From: Patescibacteria group bacterium
GTDB lineage: Bacteria > Patescibacteriota > Patescibacteriia > Patescibacteriales > UBA12075
NCBI GenBank assembly: GCA_018897195.1
Contig: JAHILH010000001.1
Location: forward strand, 92,565 to 156,564
Direction: 5' to 3'
Length of the DNA: 64,000 bases
Numbering within the stretch: the stretch's first letter is position 1; the number at the start of each line of letters is the position of its first letter. This document shows positions 1 through 9,311 of this stretch, one piece after another. The translations under genes were made by a program, and so were the position numbers. A model generated the notes under the pieces. That model made no database searches, was not told the DNA's origin, and worked only from the letters and a program-made list of their open reading frames with translations.

Positions 1-1
1 G

Positions 2-598
2 GTTTTTGACAAAAGTTATAATTTTGAGAACTTCGTAAGAGTTGATGAGTTTGTCAATGGCGGGGTGATTCTTCTCGGCAATGAAAAAAAAGACAACAGA
101 TACATTTTTGTTAATGAGAATCTTTATTTATTGAGTGATGCTATAAAAAAAACTAATTATCCGAAGAGTATTGGTTATGAATCAGTGAATCAAGTTAAAA
201 AGTTGATTTATATAAAATCCGCAACACAGCCATTTTTTATCACCATGAATGAGGGTTATCATGCGCAATGGCAGATGGAGGCGAATGATAAGAATGTGCA
301 TGGTTTTTGGGGGCAGTGGTCGCCATTCGTTAGACCAAATAAGGTGGAAAATAAATATCATTATAAGTTAGACGGATTTTTAAATACATGGTATGTAGAT
401 GTGCCGAATTTTTGTCGCGACAACAGTGCTTGTGTTAAAAATAATAATGGTTCGTATGATATAAATATAGTTGTTGAATTTTGGCCACAGCGTTGGTTTT
501 ATTTTGGTTTGCTGATAAGTAGCTTGGTTGTGCTTGGCAGCGTTGTTTATTTAATTTACGATTTATTAAAAATAAAATGGAGAAGGACATTGAGATAA
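2..598 (+). CDS. C-terminal part of a large membrane protein, YfhO/GT-C-associated type (5' truncated by the window)
   Basis: Frame is open from base 2. Motifs MNEGYHAQW, DGFLNTWYV and EFWPQRWFYFG followed by a C-terminal TM helix resemble YfhO-like C-termini. Confidence 0.55.
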   Translation, partial: VFDKSYNFENFVRVDEFVNGGVILLGNEKKDNRYIFVNENLYLLSDAIKKTNYPKSIGYESVNQVKKLIYIKSATQPFFITMNEGYHAQWQMEANDKNVHGFWGQWSPFVRPNKVENKYHYKLDGFLNTWYVDVPNFCRDNSACVKNNNGSYDINIVVEFWPQRWFYFGLLISSLVVLGSVVYLIYDLLKIKWRRTLR

Positions 599-1005
599 TT
601 ATTAAAATACCAGATTTCCGGCATTTATTAAGAATGCTGTCTTTCTATTTTCGTAAAGCTTCCATGTTAATCGTGACAGATTTTATTAATAGGAAATGGC
701 GCGGTTTGTTTGTGTTGTTGATTTCGATTGTAATTTATTTTTTTGGTGGATTGTCAGTGGCTTTGATGTGGTTATTGTTTTTATTGTTTTTGGTTTATCA
801 GTGGGATAATCGAGCTATCGCTTTTGTGGCTATAATATTGCTGGCCGCTTGTCCGTTTTTAATTTATTTCAAAAAAAATGATTGGGCGGAGCTGGTAGCA
901 ATTTATGCTTATTATTTTTTGGTAATAATGGTTGTTTTGCAAATTGTGGAATATAAACTTGAACAAAGGCGCGCAAATATGTTAAAAAAAATTTGGTTTA
1001 AATAA
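577..1005 (+). CDS. Small integral membrane protein
   Basis: 142 aa with about 4 hydrophobic segments; overlaps or abuts its neighbours. Confidence 0.7.
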   Translation: MEKDIEIIIKIPDFRHLLRMLSFYFRKASMLIVTDFINRKWRGLFVLLISIVIYFFGGLSVALMWLLFLLFLVYQWDNRAIAFVAIILLAACPFLIYFKKNDWAELVAIYAYYFLVIMVVLQIVEYKLEQRRANMLKKIWFK

Positions 1006-1006
1006 T

Positions 1007-2680
1007 ATGAAATTATTACAAAAAATCGATAAAAATATTTTCATTTTTCTAGGACTAGCAATCCTGATTTTATGGCAGATGCTTTTGCCTGGCTATATTT
1101 TAACTTTGGACATGATCTTTGCGCCGAAAATAAAATTGTTGATTACTGATGGGGCTTTTTATAATACTTATCCAGTGAGATATTTATTGCATCTTTTGAA
1201 TTTTGTTTTTACAGGCTGGATTATTCAAAAGATAATTTTACTAACTTTATTTTTCGTTATCGGCTACATATCCTTGTTATTTATTTCTGTTCCAAGGAAG
1301 CACTACGCCAATTATTGGGCAGCACTTTTTTACACGCTTAATCCTTTTGTCTATGAGCGCTTTTTGGCGGGGCATTGGACACATCTTTTTGCCTACGCCT
1401 TTTTGCCGCCACTAACTTTTTATCTTGTGCAATTTTACAATAATCCAGAATGGCGTTCTGGGGCTTGGTTGTTTGCTTGGTTGTTTGCAATCGGTTTATT
1501 CTCAACGCATTTTGTGATCATGGCTGGCTTGCTTGTTTGTGTTACAATCTTGATAAAATTAATCAGCTACTCACGGAGTAATAAAAATAAATTTATTAGT
1601 TTGTTAAAAATCTCAGCCATCTCCGGTGTGTCTTTTTTGATTGCGAGTGCTTATTGGCTGGTGCCTTATCTTTTGCACCGCGGGCAATCGGTTGTGAATA
1701 CTTTTTCCGGAGCCAATTGGGAGGCATTCAAGACGGCTGGTGATGTGTATCTAGGAACGAGCTTGAATGTTTTGGCGTTGTATGGTTTTTGGGGGGAGCG
1801 TGAGAATTGGGCGGGGTATTGGTTGTGGCCGAAAGATCATTTTCTTTTTTGGTTGACTGTGGCGATGGTGTTGGCAATCTTTTTGTTGATTGGCGTACGG
1901 GCGAGCTTGAAAAATAAAGAGGCGAGAGGGTTGGGGATTTTTTATTTGCTCTTGGCGCTGGTAGCTTTTATTTTTTCAGTCGGCATCGGTGATACGATTT
2001 TTAAAAATCTTAATCTCTGGCTTTTTGAGCATATTGGTTTTTGGCGCGGTTTTCGGGACACGCAAAAATTTAGCGCTTGGTTGGTTTTGGCTTATGCCTA
2101 TTTTGGTGGTTTTGCCTTAGTGGCGATTATGGATTATTGGCAGGAAAAGAAAAATAAATTCAGCGAACAAATCTTGTGGGCAATTTTCTTATTGCCAATT
2201 TTATATACCTATCCCATGGTTGGTGGTTTTGCGCGGCAATTGCAACCGGTTGACTATCCGCAAAGCTGGTATGAGGTGAATGAAATCTTGAATCAAGATA
2301 AGAGTGAGTTTAAAGTTTTGTATTTGCCTTGGCATCAATATTTATCCCTGGATTTCAATAATAATTTGATTACGGCCAATCCAGCCAGGGCTTTTTTTGA
2401 TAAAGAGGTGCTTCAGGGAGAGAATATGGAGATTGGTGGCATTTTCAGTCAGACTAATAATCTAGAAAATGCCGAGATTGAGAAAATATTACTAAACACT
2501 GAGATTAACCCCGATCAAGCAGTGCAACAATTATTTGACAGGGGGGTAAAATACCTGTTAATAAGCGATGAATTATTGGCTAATGATTATTTAGAATACA
2601 AAATCCTCGATTCGTCAAATTTTATAGTCATCTATAGACAAAACCACTTGACATTTTTAAAATTAGCGCCTAAGATTTAA
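1007..2680 (+). CDS. Polytopic membrane protein, probable GT-C-fold glycosyltransferase
   Basis: More than 10 TM segments; LDM near the N-terminus, YTLNPFVYERF and FRDTQKF motifs; soluble C-terminal domain (YPQSW..YLPW). Confidence 0.55.
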   Translation: MKLLQKIDKNIFIFLGLAILILWQMLLPGYILTLDMIFAPKIKLLITDGAFYNTYPVRYLLHLLNFVFTGWIIQKIILLTLFFVIGYISLLFISVPRKHYANYWAALFYTLNPFVYERFLAGHWTHLFAYAFLPPLTFYLVQFYNNPEWRSGAWLFAWLFAIGLFSTHFVIMAGLLVCVTILIKLISYSRSNKNKFISLLKISAISGVSFLIASAYWLVPYLLHRGQSVVNTFSGANWEAFKTAGDVYLGTSLNVLALYGFWGERENWAGYWLWPKDHFLFWLTVAMVLAIFLLIGVRASLKNKEARGLGIFYLLLALVAFIFSVGIGDTIFKNLNLWLFEHIGFWRGFRDTQKFSAWLVLAYAYFGGFALVAIMDYWQEKKNKFSEQILWAIFLLPILYTYPMVGGFARQLQPVDYPQSWYEVNEILNQDKSEFKVLYLPWHQYLSLDFNNNLITANPARAFFDKEVLQGENMEIGGIFSQTNNLENAEIEKILLNTEINPDQAVQQLFDRGVKYLLISDELLANDYLEYKILDSSNFIVIYRQNHLTFLKLAPKI

Positions 2681-2751
2681 TGACTTCAAATAATACCTTA
2701 ATTTATCACTATTAAGATATTAATAATTTGTTTAATAATAAAGTAAAATAT

Positions 2752-3639
2752 ATGAAAAAGCAGACAATGCGATGGGCAATTTTTATTTCAGCGATCATTA
2801 TGATTTCCGGTTTTTTTGGCACCGGTAGATATTACGGCATCAAGATCGCTTTTGGTTATGGCGGTGGTGGTTATTTTGCACCAGCACCTACTCCATACAT
2901 TCCACCGGCAGTTTTGTCATTGTTGGGCATCAGTACTCCTGAGCAAGTTTTTACCCCTAGTGGCAATGCAATCATTTCCAATACTTTTGGTCATGGTGAA
3001 AAAGTTACCATTAATGCTCCTCAAAGTGTGGCAAATAACAATATTTCATTTAGATTACAAATGAGCACAGTAAGTGTCGGTAGAATTATCGGCGGTATCA
3101 ACGGTTCCTTTGTGCTTGGCAATAGTGTTTTCAATCTGACAGCTCGCGACGCTGACAACCGAATGGTTACCAATTTTGGAGACAATATCACGGTGACAAT
3201 TGCAATGCCGAATTTGCCAAACGATGTTTCCGGTTTAGGTGTATATTGGTTCAATGCCGCTAATCAACAATGGACATTGGTGCCAGGGGCAAAATTTGAC
3301 CCAGCAACTGATTCGGTTACTTTCCAAACTAATCATTTTACCACTTTTGCCATTATCAAAAACATGAACAATAAGGTAGCACCAGCCATTGCTAAGACGC
3401 AACCAGTGCCTGTGGTAAAAAATATTCCAAAAGTAACTACAAAAAAGACGGTTACTAAGGCTACAAAAGTTGTTGTTAAAAAGAAATACGAAGACGGCGC
3501 TTTGTTAAGTTTGGATAATAGAGAATTGTATATGGTGATGGGCGGAAAATTAGTTAAGGTTAATAACAACGAAAATCTAAGAGGGTACGTGTATGGTGAT
3601 ATCCTTAATGTAACCGCCAACGACTTGAAAGCATTTTAA
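2752..3639 (+). CDS. Secreted/surface protein with S-layer-type beta domain
   Basis: N-terminal signal/TM segment, YWFN..W..V and TNHFTTFA motifs, Lys/Thr/Val-rich linker. Confidence 0.6.
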   Translation: MKKQTMRWAIFISAIIMISGFFGTGRYYGIKIAFGYGGGGYFAPAPTPYIPPAVLSLLGISTPEQVFTPSGNAIISNTFGHGEKVTINAPQSVANNNISFRLQMSTVSVGRIIGGINGSFVLGNSVFNLTARDADNRMVTNFGDNITVTIAMPNLPNDVSGLGVYWFNAANQQWTLVPGAKFDPATDSVTFQTNHFTTFAIIKNMNNKVAPAIAKTQPVPVVKNIPKVTTKKTVTKATKVVVKKKYEDGALLSLDNRELYMVMGGKLVKVNNNENLRGYVYGDILNVTANDLKAF

Positions 3640-3681
3640 AATAATTTATTAAAATATATAAATATTAAGCAAGCAAAAAAT

Positions 3682-4983
3682 ATGAAAAAGATAACAAAAT
3701 ACGCAATTTTATCAGCTTCAATATTTGTAATATCTGTTGTGTATATTGCATTTAGAGCTGAAGGGCAAATTAAACCTTATTATTCCGGCGACGCCGTTTA
3801 TGCTAATGGAAAAGTTATTTTCGGTTCTATGAACAATGATGGTGTATTGGAATTATTCTCATTTAGCAATAATGCTATTCAAAGAGGAGCAGTGATTAAA
3901 TCAAGTGCAGCTCTTTTGCCACGTTCAGCGACAAAGAGAATTTATGATTTCGCCTTAACTAATGAGGGCGGTAAAGCTTTTGTTTATACAGCTGAAGGAA
4001 AAAAGATGAGTAAATATGATATTTCTAATATCAATGTGCCGGTATTTGTTAAACAGGTGGTGGAGAATAATGGTGATTGGTATATTGGTATCAAGAAATA
4101 TGATGGCAGATTGATGACTGTTGGCACTAAAGAAACAAAGTTGTGGAATTATAACTTGCAAAACATTGATGGTTTCAAGGTTTTAAATACTCGTTCATAC
4201 AATGTGGGTATTAGCAATGAAGGTGATTATATTTTCAACATCGGTACTACCTCAGTAAGTATTTTTGATACCGTAGTTCGTAATTACGCTTCTAAATTAA
4301 ATTTAAAAATTACTGATAATCATTTTCGAAAATCATACTTTGATGATAAGTTAAATAAATTATTTGTGGCTGATGATGAAAAATTGGTTCAGGTTGCAAC
4401 TAACGGAACTGTAACTGATACCTACAAGCATATTTCTAACAGTGGTTACGATGTTGATGCTGTTCAAAACAGCGCCCATGTATACATGACTGACGGTTTA
4501 GGTGTAATCAAATTGAACAAATCAAATTTAGATCAAGTGAAATGGGCATACACAACGAATGCAAATGGCAAGAAAGGCGGTTGGGCAATGGGCTTGAACG
4601 TGGTAGCAACCGACAAAGGTGAAAAATTAGTTGTTTTCAATAATAGCAATATCATCGTCATGGATAGTAATTTAAAAGTTTTGGGCTCAGTTGACGCGAT
4701 TGAAGAATCTGATGTAGCCTTTATTGAGGAACCATTATTAATACGATTGGATAAAACTGATGCATTGGTAAATATGCCAGTATTGGTAAGCGGAACCGGC
4801 TTTGCTTATAATGAGGAGATTACGGTAACTATTTTGGGTAAATCTTTCTTAACTAATGCAGATAGCAATGGTCGTTTTAAGACCAATATCACCGTTCCGG
4901 GATCTTTGCCAAAAAGAGCTGATATTAAGGCAACTGGCAAGGCTTCAAAATTAACTTATAGCACCTCGATTAACATTCGATAA
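3682..4983 (+). CDS. Secreted beta-propeller-like protein with C-terminal Ig-like domain
   Basis: Signal peptide; beta-rich repeats (YDISNINVP); terminal VSGTGF..ADSNGRF Ig-like segment. Confidence 0.6.
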   Translation: MKKITKYAILSASIFVISVVYIAFRAEGQIKPYYSGDAVYANGKVIFGSMNNDGVLELFSFSNNAIQRGAVIKSSAALLPRSATKRIYDFALTNEGGKAFVYTAEGKKMSKYDISNINVPVFVKQVVENNGDWYIGIKKYDGRLMTVGTKETKLWNYNLQNIDGFKVLNTRSYNVGISNEGDYIFNIGTTSVSIFDTVVRNYASKLNLKITDNHFRKSYFDDKLNKLFVADDEKLVQVATNGTVTDTYKHISNSGYDVDAVQNSAHVYMTDGLGVIKLNKSNLDQVKWAYTTNANGKKGGWAMGLNVVATDKGEKLVVFNNSNIIVMDSNLKVLGSVDAIEESDVAFIEEPLLIRLDKTDALVNMPVLVSGTGFAYNEEITVTILGKSFLTNADSNGRFKTNITVPGSLPKRADIKATGKASKLTYSTSINIR

Positions 4984-5019
4984 TAACTCTTAACATATTT
5001 TTGTTAATAGGCCTAATAT

Positions 5020-6123
5020 ATGAGGATAATATTTATTGGTCAAAAAGGAATACCAGCTACCTATGGTGGCGTTGAAAAACATGTTGAAGATTTAGCAACA
5101 CGCTTGGTTCGCGACGGCCATGAGGTGACTGTCTATACTCGAAAAAAGTACACTTCAGATAAATTAAAAAGCTACAAAGGTGTAGAACTAATTAGCCTTC
5201 CAAGTATTGCGACTAAGCACTTGGATGCGATTAGCCACACCTTTTTGGCTTGTTTGGATGTTATTTTTCGTCAAAAGGCTGATGTTGTTCATTTTCATTC
5301 TATCGGACCATCTTTGCTGACTTGGATGATTAAAGTTTTTAAACCGCGCACTCGATTGGTGGCGACTTTCCATTCCCAATGTTATAATCATCAAAAATGG
5401 GGTTCCCTGGCTAAGTTTTTCTTACACATGGGCGAGTGGATGATTTGTACTGTGCCGGACAAGACCATAACAGTTTCAAGGAGTTTGACCAGCTATGCAG
5501 CAGAAAAATACGGTAAAACAACTACTTATATTCCTAACGGTGTAGAGGTAATGGCTCAGAAAGAGGCTGATCTGATTAAGAAATGGGGACTGGAAAGTGG
5601 TAATTATATCGTCACAATTTCCCGTTTGGTTCGACATAAGGGTATCCAATATTTAATAGATGCCTATAAACAAATTGATACAAAGAAGAAATTGGTAATT
5701 GTTGGTGATGGTGCTTTTACTGATGATTATGTTCATGAATTAAAGGACTTGGCAGGAAATAACCCGAATATTATTTTTACCGGTAATCAATCTGGTGAAA
5801 TTTTGCAGGAATTATTTTCTAATGCATTTCTTTTTGTGCAACCATCTGAGTCAGAAGGTTTATCAATTGCCTTGCTCGAGGCGATGTCATATGGACGACC
5901 GGTATTGGTTAGTGATATACTAGAGAATGTTGAGATTGTTAATAGTGTCGGATTTGTTTTTGCCAATAAAAAAGTTGATGATCTGACCTTGAAATTACGA
6001 GCCGTTTTATTGATGGATGAAGCTGTTTTGCAAGAAAATGCTTTGAAGTTAAAATCAATAGTGGCAAATAATTATAATTGGGGCAATATCGTAAGGGAGA
6101 TTGAAGTGTTATATAAAAAATAA
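5020..6123 (+). CDS. GT4 (GT-B) glycosyltransferase
   Basis: GIPATYGGVE N-terminus; EGLSIALLEAMS (Ex7E) motif. Confidence 0.92.
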   Translation: MRIIFIGQKGIPATYGGVEKHVEDLATRLVRDGHEVTVYTRKKYTSDKLKSYKGVELISLPSIATKHLDAISHTFLACLDVIFRQKADVVHFHSIGPSLLTWMIKVFKPRTRLVATFHSQCYNHQKWGSLAKFFLHMGEWMICTVPDKTITVSRSLTSYAAEKYGKTTTYIPNGVEVMAQKEADLIKKWGLESGNYIVTISRLVRHKGIQYLIDAYKQIDTKKKLVIVGDGAFTDDYVHELKDLAGNNPNIIFTGNQSGEILQELFSNAFLFVQPSESEGLSIALLEAMSYGRPVLVSDILENVEIVNSVGFVFANKKVDDLTLKLRAVLLMDEAVLQENALKLKSIVANNYNWGNIVREIEVLYKK

Positions 6124-6126
6124 AAA

Positions 6127-6483
6127 ATGCATTTAATAATCAATACTGCTGAAAATAATAAAATCTCGCTTTCTCTCAAAGATGGCGAGATTTTTATTGA
6201 TAAAATGGCGGTTGAGTCTAAATTTACACAGGCGGAAAAATTATTGCCTTTAATTGATGAATTATTGCTTAAAAATCATAAGAAATTATCAGGTATTAAT
6301 AAAATAAGCGTGGCTAACAGGGGTGAGGGATTTACTTCTTTGCGCATCGGCGTGGTGACAGCAAATGCGCTTGGCTATGCCTTGGGCGTGCCAGTTTTTT
6401 CTATTAGTGATGAGAAGACAGAAACGAATAATGAATTTGATGTAATTAAGCCCGCCTATAGTCGGGAGCCAAATATAACCTAA
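6127..6483 (+). CDS. tsaB: tRNA t6A biosynthesis protein TsaB (short form)
   Basis: LIINTA start; GEGFTSLRIG..ANAL motif; C-terminal P.Y.REPNIT. Confidence 0.8.
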   Translation: MHLIINTAENNKISLSLKDGEIFIDKMAVESKFTQAEKLLPLIDELLLKNHKKLSGINKISVANRGEGFTSLRIGVVTANALGYALGVPVFSISDEKTETNNEFDVIKPAYSREPNIT

Positions 6484-6495
6484 GTTTTAGGGTGT

Positions 6496-6525
6496 TGTGG
6501 ATTAAATGTTGATAACAGGGTATAA
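6496..6525. promoter_or_regulatory. Three phased DnaA-box-like sites
   Basis: TGTGGATTA (6496), TGTTGATAA (6507) and AGGGTATAA (6517), compared with the consensus TGTGNATAA. Confidence 0.35.
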
Positions 6526-6538
6526 CTATTTTTTGCTC

Positions 6539-6572
6539 AAAAGGCCAACTTGTTAACAGTTGGCCTTTTTTT
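6539..6572 (+). terminator. Intrinsic terminator after tsaB
   Basis: AAAAGGCCAAC / GTTGGCCTTTT stem followed by a T-run. Confidence 0.8.
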
Positions 6573-6619
6573 ATTTGTCTTTCGCTAGCTTTAAGTAAAT
6601 AATTAGTGGGGCATGATGA

Positions 6620-6683
6620 TTGACTTTTGGTGATTTGTGGTGTATACTTAAATCATAAAGGTGAGAAGTGGTGAATTGAGGTG
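6620..6683 (+). promoter_or_regulatory. Sigma70 promoter of mraZ with MraZ-binding direct repeats
   Basis: TTGACT-17-TATACT; GGTG repeats at 6629, 6639, 6660, 6670 and 6680 (10-bp period), as expected for MraZ boxes. Confidence 0.75.
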
Positions 6684-6791
6684 AATGGTAAAAAAGGAAA
6701 AATAATCCGCTACGGCGGGTGAAGATAAATAAAGTCCCATCATTTTAAAACATGGGCCAAGTCGGTCAGGGCTTATAAAATAAACTGACTC

Positions 6792-6867
6792 AAAACAAAA
6801 GTTAAGGCGAAGAAGGGGACCAAGCTTACCGCCACACGGTAAGATTAGTCTTCTCCTGTGTCTAAAT
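6792..6867 (+). repeat. Leader RNA motif, copy 1
   Basis: AAAACAAAAGTTAAGGCGAAGAAGGGG-[hairpin]-CTTCTCCTGTGTCTAAAT. Confidence 0.8.
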
Positions 6868-7034
6868 CTAGATCAGGGATTAAAATTACCATGCTTGTCG
6901 TGTGCGTAACTTTATAAAAAACAAAAAACAAAAATAAACATCAAAAAGTCCGCCTACACCAAGGAGATGGCGAACTATCGTAAAATAAAAACAAAAACAA
7001 AAATCAAATAGCTTAGATTCATAACCTAGGTTAA

Positions 7035-7101
7035 AAAACAAAAGTTAAGGCGAAGAAGGGGTTTGAAAAAAGACTTTTTCAAACTTCTCCTGGGTCTAAA
7101 T
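7035..7101 (+). repeat. Leader RNA motif, copy 2
   Basis: Same 27-nt 5' block and 17/18-identical 3' block as copy 1, with a different internal hairpin. Confidence 0.8.
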
Positions 7102-7121
7102 GAGGAATTAATTTTACGCGA

Positions 7122-7553
7122 ATGTTTATTGGAGAATACAAACACAATTTGGATAGCAAGGGAAGAATGGCTATTCCGGCTAAATTTCGACAGATATTGG
7201 AAAGCGGAGCAGTTGTGACCAGGGGCCTGGACAATTGTCTTTTTTTGTATTCTAAGGATTCATGGGAAAAAATAGCGAAAAAGTTAGCTGATTTGCCAGT
7301 TAGTCAGGCCAAGGCTAGAGCTTTTTCTCGGCTAATGTTAGCTGGTGCAATGGATGTTGATTTTGATAATCAGGGACGAATTACTTTACCGGAATATTTA
7401 AGAAGTTTTGCTAATTTAGATAAAAAAACTATCATTGCCGGTCTTTATGACCGTTTGGAAATTTGGGATGAAGAGCAATGGAATAAATACAAAACTGGAG
7501 CTGAGTCTGAAAGTACGGAAATTGCTGAGGCAATGGGAGAATTAGGAGTCTAA
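7122..7553 (+). CDS. mraZ: Division/cell wall cluster transcriptional repressor MraZ
   Basis: MFIGEY..LDSKGR..IP and D.QGRI.LP duplicated AbrB-like motifs. Confidence 0.97.
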   Translation: MFIGEYKHNLDSKGRMAIPAKFRQILESGAVVTRGLDNCLFLYSKDSWEKIAKKLADLPVSQAKARAFSRLMLAGAMDVDFDNQGRITLPEYLRSFANLDKKTIIAGLYDRLEIWDEEQWNKYKTGAESESTEIAEAMGELGV

Positions 7554-7765
7554 AACTTAAAAACAAAAAATAAAAATAAAAATTACAAACATGATTCATT
7601 GATTTATGTTTGGATGACAAATTAAATGACAATTAGAATTAAGTGCAACCCCCATGCTGCTAATTCTGAACAATTGAGAGTGCGCGTTATCAAAGCCCCA
7701 TTAGTAGATAACAAAGATCTACACATGGTTATCTTTGAAAGAGCTCGTGCCCTTGTATTGTAATT

Positions 7766-7801
7766 AAAACGCATTGTATCTCAGATACTTTGCGTTTTTT
7801 T
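7766..7801 (+). terminator. Intrinsic terminator-like hairpin between mraZ and rsmH
   Basis: AAAACGCA..GTATC/GATAC..TGCGTTTT followed by a T-run. Confidence 0.65.
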
Positions 7802-7849
7802 ACTTAGAACTTTGGATAATTTGTAAATATTGTTTAGTGGGAATGGCTA

Positions 7850-7888
7850 CAACCTCACCCCGACCCTCTCCTGTCCAGGAGAGGGAGA
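7850..7888 (+). repeat. REP-like palindromic repeat, CCTCACCCC..CCCTCTCC family, copy 1
   Basis: CAACCTCACCCCGACCCTCTCCTGTCCAGGAGAGGGAGA; a near-identical inverted copy lies at 18144-18182. Confidence 0.8.
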
Positions 7889-7920
7889 GTATAGAATTAT
7901 TTATTGTCTGTATTAATTGA

Positions 7921-8880
7921 ATGGAATATAAACACATACCAGTAATGCTTGAGGAGGCTATCGAGAATCTTAATATAAAATTAGGCGGTTTTTATGTGGA
8001 CTGCACCTTGGGCGGCGCCGGTTATACAACGAGAATTGCTTCATTGGTGGGCAGCAAGGGACGAGTGCTAGCAACTGATTTAGATAGTTTGGCTATTAAG
8101 AATGCTGAAGCTAGGCTAAAAAAGGAAAAATTAAAAAATGTTATTATCGTGAAAGATAATTTTAGAAATTTAGCAAAAATTTTGGATGAAAATACCGAAT
8201 TTAAAAACAAAAAAATTGATGGAATTGTATTCGATTTGGGTTTGTCTAGTGCTCAACTCGACGACCGGAATCGGGGAATTTCTTTCAAATATGATACGCC
8301 GCTAGATATGGCGTTTGAGACGACTGATGATGGCGAGATGAATAAACGGACGAGTCGGATTGTGAATAAATGGCGTATTGAACATATTGAAAAAATTTTA
8401 AAAGACTACGGTGAAGAGCCATTTGCAAGACGGATTGCGAAGTTGATAACAATGGCACGAAGAAAAAAACCAATTGAAACTACCGGACAATTAGTGGAGA
8501 TAATAAAAAAAGCGATTCCGCCAAAATTACAGAATGCCAAAATTCACTTTGCGACGCGAACATTTCAAGCTTTGCGGATTGCCACGAATGAAGAATTGGA
8601 AAGTTTGACCGAAGTTTTGCCGCAAGCGATTGAGGCCCTAGCTGAAGGTGGACGTTGCGTGGTGATTTCATACCACAGTTTAGAGGACCGAATTGTAAAG
8701 GACTATTTTAAGCAAGAAAGTCAGGATTGTATCTGTGATTCAAAGCAAATGATGTGCAGTTGTAATCATGAGAAAAAAATAAAAATTATCAACAAAAAAG
8801 TGATACCACCAACTGAGGCCGAGATTAAAAATAATCCGAGAGCTAGGAGTGCAAAAATGCGGGTCATTGAGAAAATATAA
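7921..8880 (+). CDS. rsmH: 16S rRNA m4C1402 methyltransferase RsmH
   Basis: HIPVML, DCTLGGAG, DLGLSS.QLD, RTFQALRI and SYHSLEDR motifs. Confidence 0.97.
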   Translation: MEYKHIPVMLEEAIENLNIKLGGFYVDCTLGGAGYTTRIASLVGSKGRVLATDLDSLAIKNAEARLKKEKLKNVIIVKDNFRNLAKILDENTEFKNKKIDGIVFDLGLSSAQLDDRNRGISFKYDTPLDMAFETTDDGEMNKRTSRIVNKWRIEHIEKILKDYGEEPFARRIAKLITMARRKKPIETTGQLVEIIKKAIPPKLQNAKIHFATRTFQALRIATNEELESLTEVLPQAIEALAEGGRCVVISYHSLEDRIVKDYFKQESQDCICDSKQMMCSCNHEKKIKIINKKVIPPTEAEIKNNPRARSAKMRVIEKI

Positions 8881-8908
8881 AAAAAATAAAAATTTAAAAA
8901 TAAAAAAA

Positions 8909-9286
8909 ATGACACAAACACAAAAACAAAACTATCAACTTACAAAAAATACTTTTCAAGAAGAATTTGAAGGTCGGCCACAAAATAAAAAGAGAGATTA
9001 TTTGGATTATGTGAAGCTCTTGAATAAAGTTATTATATTTTTTATAATATTTAATGCCGTCTATTTTGTGATGAATGTTAATGATTTATCAATCAAAGGC
9101 TTTGTTTTGAACAGTCAGAAGGCAAAGGTCTTTAAGTTGACAGAAGAAAATAAGAGCTTGGAATTGGAAATAACTAAATTAAGTGCCTTGAGCAATGTTG
9201 AAAAAAGAGCCCAAGAAATGAAATTGGTTAAAGTTGATAAGATTGATTATATTGAGGTTAATGATGGGGCAGTGGCTATGAAATAA
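8909..9286 (+). CDS. ftsL: FtsL-like cell division protein
   Basis: Lies between rsmH and the PBP; one TM helix followed by a coiled coil (VEKRAQEMKL). Symbol assigned by synteny. Confidence 0.6.
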   Translation: MTQTQKQNYQLTKNTFQEEFEGRPQNKKRDYLDYVKLLNKVIIFFIIFNAVYFVMNVNDLSIKGFVLNSQKAKVFKLTEENKSLELEITKLSALSNVEKRAQEMKLVKVDKIDYIEVNDGAVAMK

Positions 9287-9311
9287 ATATTTTTAAGTTT
9301 TTGTTGATGAT

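Noticed and set aside
6792..7101. c-di-GMP-I riboswitch or ribozyme identity for the mraZ leader motif
   Set aside because: It lacks the GGCAAAC..GAAA..GACGCAAA core and the hammerhead CUGANGA/GAAA core.
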